From positions 38,254,001 through 38,318,000 of the forward strand of contig NC_043003.1 of assembly GCF_006345805.1 (NCBI RefSeq): DNA of 64,000 bases. The letters run 5' to 3'. Below the pieces are notes generated by a model. It was given only the letters and a program-made list of their open reading frames with translations, was not told the DNA's origin and did not search any database. A program made the position numbers and the translations under genes. Numbering within the stretch: position 1 is the stretch's first letter; the number at the start of each line of letters is the position of its first letter. The stretch comes from Octopus sinensis (Eukaryota). Shown in pieces: positions 52,791 to 64,000 of the stretch.

Positions 52791-53174
52791 AAAAGAGAGA
52801 ATATCGACGGGTTATGTGAGCAGAATTGTAGAAAAGAAAGGTTTAAAATGAAATTACTGAATCTAAAATTGAAGCATCATTGCAAACTTATCATACTATT
52901 CACAACGAAAATGTTGGAAAGATCCACGTTGTTACAGATTTAATTGAAATAGTCCGTTTGAGTTCAATGTGATGGTGGCACAATTACTAACGGTTTAAAG
53001 TCCTCAATTAACTGATTCGTTCACTTCTTATCAGAATCATTGTGTTGTGTGACAACATGGTTCGAAGTAGAAAGAGCAGCCCGGCTGTAAAAAACAATTT
53101 CTCCCACTCCAGCAATGTAAGTATTAAAAATAAATGTAAAGCAGTTATATGAATATACAGGATGTCCCACCAAT

Positions 53175-53625
53175 ATATATCATCATCATCATTGTTCGAC
53201 CGTGGTCGAGACAATGGAATTTACCATGCTACGCCAGACTTCACGGTCCATCATAGCATTACGGAGGTCCAGTTGCTGGATGCCTGTATCCCTGGAGATT
53301 ACATCAGGGTAGGAGAGTGTGCGCTCTCTGGTATTCCAGAGGAGAAGAGTAGAAATTACTTCGTTTTCAGCTCTACAACAATGTCCAACAAACTGGACTC
53401 TCCTACCTTTCACAAGAGATGACACAGGTGGTAGTTTCCCATATATTTGCATTTTGGTTGGATGACTCTTCCACGAGTGTAGGTTCCATCCAACCGCCTC
53501 TCAAGCTTCTTTGATAACGTCCTGGTTTCTGAGCCATATAGTAGAATTGGTTCGACTGTGGCTTTGAAGATTTCAAGTTTGAAGTCTCTACTTAGATTTG
53601 ATGACCAGATCTTATGCATGTCAAT
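53175..53625 (-). mobile_element. RTE-like LINE 3' end with (TGA)n tail
   Basis: KIWSSNLSRDFKLEIFKATVEPILLYGSET..RLDGTYTR; RRVQFVGHCCRA..AMMDREVWRSMV*, followed by tgatgatgatgat. Confidence 0.85.
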
Positions 53626-53659
53626 ATATATACACACATACACATACATTGAATGATTA

Positions 53660-54732
53660 TAAAGTCAGTGTTTGTTAAAATACATTTCCATTTCTTTATG
53701 AACGCCTGCTTTCAAACTGATGGAAACAGCCATGTATTCGCAAACACCAAGAAACATTTCATTCGGTATTTATGCGCGTACTTGTTCCATGGGTGCTCTC
53801 AATTCGTTGACTGTAGCCGGAGTGACTTGAGATCCGGTGAGAGAAGTGGATATTCTACTATACTTCTTCGTTTAATCCAGCTGTTTGGCAAAACCTCATC
53901 TAGGTAGGTCCTTACATTACTATGGTAATGAAAGGGTGCCTCATCTTGCTGGAAATACAACCCCGCATCATCAAAGTTCTTTTGAATGTCTGGTGTGACA
54001 AATTGTTGTAGCAAGTCCAAGTAAATGGGACCAGTCACAGTGCCGGCAAAAAAGAATGGTCCAATTAATCCATTTGATAATAAACCGCGCCATACTGCAT
54101 CTCCTGGTAAATTAACATGACCTTCCTCCTAAATGTACGGTTTCTCAAGTCTCCAGTAGGTGCATTTGTGGCAGTTAATTGAGGCATTTAATTTAAATGT
54201 AGCCTCCTCACTTCAAACAATATGTAGGAAAATGTGCATCTTCTACATCTTGCCAAATTCTATTCGCAAACCTCCACTCTTCGGACCAGATCATCCTCAC
54301 TGAGACCATCGACTATTCTCGGAATGTAACTTTTCCAATGACAGAGGTTCAAAATGCGATGGATGCTTGATTTTTGAAATTTTTTTTTGATATCTCTTGT
54401 CTTGCTTGCTGCATAGATACTCTTGAATTTTGGCTATACGTTTCTAGTGCATTTTCGTGCTTTGTGGGGCTCGTTCGATATCCGTGATCTTCTGGATCAT
54501 ATTTAGTGAACATTCATTTTATCCAAACTTATCTCTAATTCAAGAGATGGTAAGTCGTGTAGTTAGATCTATTTGAAACACTCTGCGTTTTCAAAGTTCC
54601 AGTAGTACTTTAGTTCAAAATTCCCTTTTTCAAAGTTTAGTCTGGTTCCCTTCATTATTTTTAATGCGTCAAATCTAAAATGAAATGAAAACTAAGCTCT
54701 TAAAATGAGTATATATTTTTGGGAACGACCTG
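53660..54732 (-). mobile_element. Decayed IS630-Tc1-mariner element, rosa-like (DD41D)
   Basis: [40 protein letters not shown]; the expected third catalytic position lies 41 residues after the QQD aspartate. Terminus gggaacgacctg|ta. Confidence 0.7.
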
Positions 54733-54950
54733 TATGTGTGTGTATTTCGATCAAGGGATCGTAGTAATTCTCATTTAAAGACGAACTAGATGTTAAAAAC
54801 AAAGTAGGTGTGTTTAGTTCATTTCTTTGTTTTCCCGTTTTTTATTACAACATGGCCATGATGTTTCAATTATTCTTCATTCTTCGGAAAACGTAACTGG
54901 TTATACAAGGTGAGTACTACACACACACACACACACACATACACACGCAC

Positions 54951-55029
<79 letters not shown>

Positions 55030-55115
55030 AGAAATATAAAAATGTAAAAGGAGCAAAAATACTGGAGATTCAGTATACACCACGTGGCAAAATTATGGGT
55101 TGAAAATATGGGGAA

Positions 55116-55231
<116 letters not shown>

Positions 55232-55350
55232 AGAAATATAAAAATGTAAAAGGAGCAAAAATACTGGAGATTCAGTATACACCACGTGGCAAAATTATGG
55301 GTTGAAAATATGGGGAAAACATATATATATATATATATAATATATATATA

Positions 55351-55713
55351 TATTATCCGAATTTTATAGTATTAAATATCCATTTCGGTTGATCATACTA
55401 ATCGGTTTCGCATAAAGAATACAATGGATACCACTTGCCAGTTTCACAGCAGACTCAACTAAGAGTCATAAACCAATCCCCTGAACCCTTTTCCGTTTCA
55501 CCACTTTTTTTCACACCAGCCGCCGATCGGTTGTACTAATCCACCTCTGACAATAGAGAGCAGTCACCATATTCCCTTCCATATCGGCTATCTCTGATGA
55601 GCGTAAAATTATATAATCGGATTATTACCTAACACTCCATTGTATTCTTTACGCGAAACCGATAAGTAAGACCAGCCGTGATGGATATTTAATACTATAA
55701 AATTCGGATAATA
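55351..55713. mobile_element. MITE with ~78-bp TIRs
   Basis: tattatccgaattttatagtattaaatatccat..atcggtttcgc.taaagaatacaatgga on both ends in inverted orientation. Confidence 0.8.
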
Positions 55714-55774
55714 GACCCACTCTTCCCTGACTTATGGTCTTAGACGACTCACGCATGTATATGTGTGTGTGTAT

Positions 55775-55806
<32 letters not shown>

Positions 55807-56589
55807 GTACCATGGACGCAGCCTCAAGGCTGAAGCATATAAAAGAATATACAGTGCACATATATTTATAATACTGAATGATAGAGTGTAACAAAGAACA
55901 AGGAAAGTGTGAAGTAATGCTAAGAAAAAAAATGTGACGTTCTAAGAAGAAACGGAGGAAAGGGATTAGATAGGGAGAAAGAAGGGTTGAAAGTAAGAAG
56001 AGTGGGAAGAAAATTGTAAGAATAAATGATGGGGGAATAGATAAGATGATGGGTTAGTCGAAAGACGGATAAATAGACAGTGTGAAAACGAGAAGGTAGG
56101 AGTGGATGACACAAAAATAAAAGGTTCAGGAAAGGAAAGAAGAAAAGGAGGAAAAAAAAGTAAGTGGTGTAAATTGAAGAGTGAAAGGAGGGGAGGGAAG
56201 TCACATGCATTCACACACATACAAGCGCTTGCACACGTTCACCTGTTAAATATGTGCCGATTAAGATATTCAAGATGACTACACTGCCTATAGAATAATT
56301 CTGTAAGTTGTGTGAAATACACTTCTAGATTCACACATTCAAAAACCAATTAAGACATAAATAATTTAAATGATTGGCTTTCATATACAAAATTTAGAAC
56401 ACAATTAAAGAAATAAAGTTAATTAATGCAACTGAAGACGATTAGAAATCTGTGGAATGAAAACTGATTCGATTGTGTTGAAATATCATTAGTACACAAT
56501 GTCAGTAAATAAAGGAACTTTTGAGGATATATTTTGGCTTTTAGCTTTTATTATTTAAGTCTTTCTGTGATCTCGGGTCCAATGAAAAT

Positions 56590-58198
56590 GCTTGCTTTCA
56601 GTTTTGCGTCACTTTTCTCTACACCAAATTTTACTTTTAGGTACTAGAAGCCACAACCACCCTGTGTCATTGCTTTTACGAAGTTTTTCATGAGGTCGAG
56701 TTTGATGCGAAGGGTTGGAAGGAAGAGCTTTTTGCGGGTATACCAGTGGCATATGATGCACACAGTACCGTCTAACTATGCGCTCATCTCTTTTAGGCCA
56801 GTCTTTTACTGTGTAATGAGTTCTGTCGTGGTGGCTGTTCCAAACACACAAGAAGCACATATTTTTGGTATATCAAAGCTGCAGTCATAGGAAGAGAGAA
56901 ACCTTTAAATCACCACAAATATTCCACTTGTGAACTGAGTAATAAACTCCTTTCAGAAAGAGTTCCATCGATTCATAAGTTTCTTCCATACCGATAACAT
57001 GACCCACAGAAATGGAAGGTTTTTCATTACCATTATGTGACAACACAGCTTTGAGGCTAACCTTACACGAGTCTATAAACAATCTCCATTCGTTAGCTTC
57101 ATGCACGTGTCCTAATTTTTGCATTAGTGCATTAACGTCAGTACAGAAACAAGCATTACTTTCTTGCTTGAAAAAGACAAATAAGCCTTTATGACGAGAG
57201 CGGAAAATGGAAATTTTCGTACCTTTCAGTAGGAGATTCCGATGTTGTAGTTTGGATCCCGAAACTTCTACCCTTTCCTTTGACAATGCTACGTCTCTTC
57301 CTAAATCGTTCGAAACTTCTTGATTAAATTAGCCTGGCTCATTTTTCTTAGAATCCTCTACTTACTCTTCGTCGATAGGAGAGTCAGAGGGTTCATTGTG
57401 CTACGTGTCAAGATTTTCAAGTGAAGCGTGTGAGAGGGGAACTGGGACAGGGTTCTCAAAGTCATATGAGACTGGTTTTAGAGCCGACTTACAATCTACA
57501 TACGCAATTTTTGCTTTGGTCTTCTTTGAGAAACCACTAATATTTAGTCATGCAAAAGTAACAACCAGACACATAATTGGTTGGCTCATGCCATACCATT
57601 GGTACTGCAAAAGGCTTTCCCTTCCATTTTCCATTCAGCCACTGTGTAAGCCCTGAGTAACACACGGTATAGCATATATGAGGTGCCCACCTCTTGTCTT
57701 GGTCCCCAACTTTACACATGAAATAATATTTATAGGCAATTTTAAATTTGGAGCAATGTTCCTCCGCTGGTCACGCGAATCAAGTTTTCCACTGACATAA
57801 CAAAAGTTGTCTGGATGATTCACACAGCCTCTCCTATTCATGATCTAACACAATGAACACACTTAAAACAGTAAAAACGCAGAACGAGAGATACCAAGAA
57901 TAAACTGACGTATTTGGCATTGCACACAATACGTCGGCGCCATCTATTGCTAAACTAAATAATGAACTTTCTCATCGCTTGTTTTATTGCTGTTATTTTT
58001 TAATTTTGAATTAAGACCGCTTTAATTTTAGCAATTTTTATAATACGGCCTATATCTTATGGTTATAATCTTTCGCATGCGCATAACTCAAAATCCTGAC
58101 GTGCTAGAACAATTCTGAGTGCGGATTCGGAATCGGCATCCTCGATTTAAGCTAAAACACTCGCTTTTACCCCAGTAGCAAAACTTTGTTGTCCAGTG
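56590..58198 (-). mobile_element. Decayed DNA transposon, probably Chapaev (CMC superfamily)
   Basis: MNRRGCVNHPDNFCYV..GDQDKRWAPHIC..C..PFAVPMVWHEP..CYFC; WRLFIDSCKVSLKAVLSHNGN; WNICGDLKV; CFLCVWNS. 5' terminus CACTGGACAAC. Family assignment is from memory. Confidence 0.6.
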
Positions 58199-58828
58199 TT
58201 TTGTATATTTATATATTTAGTCGAGTGGTTGGAGATTTAGGTACAGAAAGAGAAGTTACTACAATTACAGTTGCTTGAAGGGGTAGATTTCGAGCCAGTT
58301 TTCTTAAGTTTAATTAGACAAGGCGAGTCGCAGGGTATAAGATTTTTATTATATCTTATCGAACGTTTAATGGTAGTTATGTTCTAGGAAACTTTTCTGA
58401 ATTAATCAATAGATGTAAGCTTCTTCTGTAGAGGTTCTTCCAGAATATATTTCTCATTCTTCTTATCCTTTTTTTAAATCAATGTACCATGTGAGAATAT
58501 ATAATGTTGAAATGTGATTTTGTACACGGTTTCTGAGAGGAACACATTGCATATTCCCACAGCCACAATAGATTTGGATGTTCTAATTCTTGCTTTAAAA
58601 TACTCGCTTAGTAGTGGTGGGGAAAAACGACGCCAATAAAATAATATAATTAAAACGCAATAGGCTTATACTGTAAAATACCATACATTTTGTTTAGTCT
58701 AAAAACTAACAAGCCATAAACAGTATAAGTAGATATTATTGGCTGGGAATAGCATTTCGAATAATTTTCATACTATTCTACACACATACACACGCGCGCA
58801 CACACACACATATATGTGTGTATATGTA

Positions 58829-59039
58829 CAGTAATCCCTCGCCATATCGCGGTTCACCTATCGCGGTTTATTATTTAAACTTACGTCGATTCCTCCGTGA
58901 TGTTGTTTTACATTTATAATAAAATAAACATATATATAAATTTTAAAATATTAAAAAAAAACACTGTTTCTACTTCGCGGATTTTCACCTATCGCGGGGT
59001 TTTTGGAACGTAACACCCGCAATAGTCGAGAGATTACTG
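58829..59039. mobile_element. Tigger-type MITE
   Basis: ta|cagtaatccctcg ... cgagagattactg TIRs with internal atcgcgg repeats. Confidence 0.75.
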
Positions 59040-60767
59040 TTTAGAATGTATATGTATATGCTCATATATATATACGTAAAGGTAAGATCCAAGGATCAAG
59101 ATGTAGGAAGTTAGTAAGCTTCGAGCAGTCCGTAGGAGGTGTAATGTAGACTCGGGTGAAATTCCTCTTCCATATTTATCATATATACGTGCATTCGAAC
59201 GTAGCAGCGGACAGCTAACCTTTAACCGCTATTTGGATCACGTTGTGTCCACTACTCTGATTGGTTGGTATTTGTGCAATTTGTCTCATACTCGATTGCC
59301 CCAGCTTGCCGCGGATAACCAGTAAGAGGCTCTAAATTGGATCACGTGGGACTACCCTGTTTCAGCCTACAGCCCCTTATAAAAAATTCAGCTTTTCCTT
59401 GTTCCGGGTCTTTGGTTCCAGACATTTTAAGGTCTAGCCACTGACCACGAAGACACAGTCAGTTCCAGCGTCAACACTACCACAACAGCTATATTGAGAC
59501 TTACCAACTTTGTCACCATGACATTCGACAGCGTTGCGGCAACCTCCTTCTTCATAGCCACCATCATGTCCTTCTTAACGTCGTCAACATCATCTCTCTA
59601 CGTACACAGCTCAGCAAGCAATTCACCCCGGTTTCAACAGTTCACTGTTTGTGAATGATTTCACAACGGATATACAATGATTTCACAACGAATATACAAC
59701 CTGCATGAACTCCCGTGTAAGTGACCCAGGCAGCAGCATTACAGCCACGACTTCACGTACGACATGTATCTGTAACCGGCTCAGCATCATGGCCGCGACT
59801 TCTTGATACAGTATTTCAACTACCGTGTACGATTGACTACGAACTGGTATTATTATCTTTCTTGTGTCTATGAACTTCTCACTTCGATGGCTTATGGATA
59901 CTTTCACTGTCTTCTTATTGCCATCCTTAAATATTCTTAACATGCGCATGCATCTATGCCTACACATACATACAGTTTGTTCTCATGACGGCCTGTCAAT
60001 TATTTTGTATACATGACATATACAGACACACATGTTACCACATCAATAAATGTTCTCTTAATCATTTTTATGCGGTTGTGTCTCCCATCTGGCATTTATA
60101 TGTTCTATTCAATTTCTCTTTATTGTAACGGTAGTGTAATGTGGTACAAAAGATCCATTCTCCTCACCTCACATCGCACGGCCATTACAGAGGTATAAAA
60201 TACAACTTTCGAGAACAATTTATTAACGTAGAAGGGTGCAAATTTCTCCCACATTGAAGTTCGATCAGCAGAAAAAAATTATTTCATAGTTCACGGTTAG
60301 CAGCTGGGGTTGCTGTGTATACGAATAAAAATCCAAATTTAGGGAATGGAGTATATAAATTCAGGCTACATAATTCGTTGCTATTGTGTTAAATTGTCGT
60401 GTGCCCAAATTGGGTCAAATGCGTTGTTTTTTTTTCAATATTTAATTTTGCTTGCAATAGACGGTTCTTTCGGTCAAACTATCGTATCTTCCAGTGCTTC
60501 AGATGAAAATTTATCAAAGTGTAGTACAACGGTTTAGCATTTTTCAAAAGTGTAGTAAGCCCACCTATGACAGTTTTGCAAAAGGTTTCTGACTGAAAAT
60601 ATACATGCATTGAGTTACGATTTTATGTACTCAATAAAGTATTATTATTAAGATGAAACTGTTGCTAATGTAAAAAGAAACGGAATGGTGAAACTATTTT
60701 TTCGTTTTCTGAAAAAGCAACGTTTTGGACTTACGACACTTTTGCATAATACCAACGATATGTTTCA

Positions 60768-60904
60768 TAGCTAGCGGAACCTCGGAAGTAGTAATTACCC
60801 AAACGAGGGTTACATTCATTTGACTAAGGTATCTTCGGCCTGACGAGTAGCTAGCGGATTACCCCTCGTTTGGGTAGTTACTACTTCCGAGGTTCTGCTA
60901 GCTA
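60768..60904. mobile_element. MITE with ~42-bp TIRs, TA-bounded
   Basis: tagctagcggaacctcggaagtagtaattacccaaacgaggg ... ccctcgtttgggtagttactacttccgaggttctgctagcta. Confidence 0.85.
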
Positions 60905-61129
60905 TATATAGGCATGGCTATATAGTAATAAACTTACTTCCCAACCACGTGATTCCAGGTTCAGTCCCACTGCGTACCACCTTGGGCAAGTGTCTTGTAC
61001 TGTAGCCTCGGCATAGCGTCGACTGTGGGCCGGTAGCTGTGTACAGTCGCCTCAACGCCACCCAGAGCTGTATCTGAGAAAGTAACAGTTAATTCATAAT
61101 ATATATGTACGTATGTGTGTGTGTGTATA

Positions 61130-61647
61130 ATGTTGCAAACCTCTTCGTGGTATGGTGGGACAGACAGTTTAAACAGTGCCTAGCGACCCGTAACATCCAC
61201 TTAGCTATGTACACTCGCTACGTTGAGGACATTAACCTTGTCGTGAAATGTAATAGTAATATAGATATAGACACAGAGATAGACTCTCCTCTAAATGAAG
61301 AACAGTTGATGACTGCTATACAACACATAGCTGACTCTATTCATAGCAGTATAAAAGTTACCGTGGACTACCCCTCTAATAGATTACCTGTCCTAGATAC
61401 TGAGCTGTGGATGGAAAATACTATGGTTAACGGAACCGTTAAACCCTGTATACTCCACTCACACTATTGTAAACCTATGGCTAATCCACTGGTAATCCGT
61501 AGTGACTCAGCGATGTCGAGTACTGCCAAGCTCAACATCCTGGTGGCAGACTTAGTTAGAGTAATGAGGAATGTATCTCCACTATGCCAACCACAAGAAC
61601 GACAACAACACATCCAGCACTTCATATTCCGAATGCAATGCTCATGA
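61130..61647 (+). mobile_element. Penelope-like element RT C-half/thumb fragment
   Basis: MYTRYVEDINL (YVDD site), ADSIHSSIKVTVDYPSNRLPVLD, HSHYCKPMA..VI..SA..K.NIL..LVRVMRN, typical of PLE RT domains 5-7 and thumb. Confidence 0.75.
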
Positions 61648-62187
61648 CACTACATAGACCCTAAGGAAGACATGTTTAAAATGTGAATGAAATTGGTTGT
61701 GTAGTTCTCAAGTTGGATCTTTTCTTTTTGAAAGCCAGATTTTCCTAGTTAACTAAACAATTTGAAACTTCGTATACTGGTAGAATGTGTCAAAAGAAAA
61801 CATAATTGTAAACCAAAATGAAAACAGAATTGTAATTTCTAAGTTTAACGTTGTTTAAAAATTGGAATTTTAACCAATGATATTCTTTCTTTCGGCCTCA
61901 TATTATTTACTGCTTCTCAAAATATTGTTACTGTGACGTAAACAGCTATTTTGTGACGTAGTTAACGTAAACATGTAAATAGATAACTAAAATGTAAACA
62001 TCTCCGCTTATAAACTTCGTGGAGTATATATAAAATTTGTGTAGATCCTAAATAGCTACACACACATGTATACAAACATATGCATATATATATATATATA
62101 TATATATACACCTATACACACATATTCTAATGCATATGCATATATGTGTATATATTTATAATGTGTGTGTATTATAGATGCATACAT

Positions 62188-62221
<34 letters not shown>

Positions 62222-63091
62222 GTTTACATACAATATATATATGTTATATACATCTACATGTATATGTATGTATGAATATATAAGAACCACAGAATTTGAA
62301 TCAAACTGTTTTGATCCATACATACACACACACACACACACCAACACTACCATCCATGAGACATCCTAACATAATCAATGCTACTACTACTACTATCATC
62401 ATCATTATCATCATCATCCACTGCCGCCACCACCACCACCTCACAAAAAACCAAACACTATAATTGCTGCCATCGTACACATCCACTGTCACCACTACCA
62501 CCACTGCCATGATAACCACATCTACCACAGCTGTTTGCTTACTGCTTACCCACTCACAAAATAGCTATCTACGTCACATTAACACTATGCAGCTAATAAT
62601 TTCAAATGAAAACAGACAATATGATTGGCTAAGGATAGAATAAGTACTGGGCTTACAAAAAGAATAAGTCCGGGGTCGAGTTGCTCGATTAAAGGCGATG
62701 CTCCAGCATGGCCGCGGTCAAGAGTAACATTAAAAGTAAAATATGTTTTATATGACACATTAGGGTTAGGGTTAGTGTCCGAAGGTTGAAAGTGTTTAGT
62801 TACAAAAAATATATTTCTCGATCTGCCGTTGAAAGGGTAAAGATCCCTTATATTATTTATTTAAACCCTTTACAAACTAGAAGGGTTATGGGTCAAGAGG
62901 AAAATACATCAATCAAATGTTGGGAAGGCCATCGGTTGAATAAAACAACATTGTTCCTCAACAGAACAATAAGGCTCTATAGTTAGGGGGAAATTTACCC
63001 ATTCAGTTTCAAAACTCAGGTGGAGCCAAAAGAGGTCTCTACATATACATACGTATACACACACACACACATACATACATACATACATACA

Positions 63092-63124
<33 letters not shown>

Positions 63125-63141
63125 CCAGACAACTTCAGCTT

Positions 63142-63177
<36 letters not shown>

Positions 63178-63184
63178 ATATGTA

Positions 63185-64000
63185 CTAGCAGAATTGCCCG
63201 GCGTTGCTCGGGGCTGAATTGCTTGAAAGTACTGTTAATGATTGCACTGAATTATGATGATTATTCAGGCAAATATTAATATAAGTTTACGGTGGGAGAT
63301 AAGGACTTAACGATCAAACGTGTGCCATTGCATTTTTTGGGGAACCAAATTTCTGATGAGCATTATAGGGGCACCAACTTTAAGTTTGAGAAAGTGTGGT
63401 GGTAGTCCGGGGTGCTCAAAGGAATTGAGTACCTCTATTGGATAGTTGATGACGTCCTCTGGGTCAGGAGTTGTATCGATAGACTGATATACATAGACTT
63501 CCCCAGGAATGAGTTTTAGCATTTCATCATTAATATGGTGAACAGTTTTATTCCTCGGGGCCAGTATAGCCTTTTTGCCAATCCAATCCATATTCTGATA
63601 ATTAGCTTGTAGATCTGGGAACACTGCATCTCTGAGATCAGGAGGCGTCTTAACAATGGTACAAATGGAATCGATGGCAATATTACCATTTTCATACCCT
63701 GGTATTTTGCCTTCGCCAAGTGCAAGGAGGGTGTGAGGAAATGCTGCTGATGTGATATTACGTCGCATATGAGCACGCATATTGGTGTGAAGTTTGAGTG
63801 TTACTTCCCTTTATTTAAAAAAATATGCATTAAAATGGAAAAAAATGATGGTAAATTATTTTTAAAATCGTAGACTCATCGTAGACGCGCGCTAATACCC
63901 AGAAGGGCTCGATATGAATCACGACTATAAGATACCCGGTTTTGGTTAAACTGCATCGCAAAATGTGGGAGTAGTTAGGAATCTAAATCGGAGTAGACAG
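63185..64000 (-). mobile_element. Non-autonomous Helitron with Pif1 helicase fragment and intact 3' terminus
   Basis: LKLHTNMRAH..LLALGEG..VFPDL..KAILAPRN..INDEML..YQSID..YPIEVLNS..PGLPPHFLKLKVGAPIMLIRNL. The 3' end on the minus strand is the hairpin cccgagcaacgccggg + CTAG|T at 63184-63212. Confidence 0.9.

Overview
AT-rich, intron-containing animal genomic DNA with a very high density of microsatellites, SINEs, MITEs and decayed transposons. The SINE families and repeat landscape suggest an octopus or other cephalopod (inference, no search run). The only well-supported host gene is a two-exon, plus-strand gene (45179-45548 + 48790-49934, 504 aa if the first in-exon ATG is used) encoding a CABIT-domain (GAREM/THEMIS-like) protein. 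It keeps the cysteine signature motif and carries a ~107-aa Ser/Arg-rich insertion inside the domain. A possible orphan terminal exon lies at 3096-3227. The rest is a transposon graveyard: R4/Dong-like fragments sitting in (TAA)n arrays with consistent polarity; RTE, CR1 and Penelope-like fragments; a Gypsy LTR+PBS+gag stub; Tigger, mariner (DD34D), rosa-like (DD41D) and probable Chapaev DNA transposons; two Helitron remnants; and several fold-back elements. Most ORFs in the supplied track are microsatellite artefacts or off-frame readings of these elements. No rRNA, true tRNA or CRISPR array was found. I found no evidence for a multi-gene novel system; the best leads are the atypical CABIT protein and several unusual transposon architectures.
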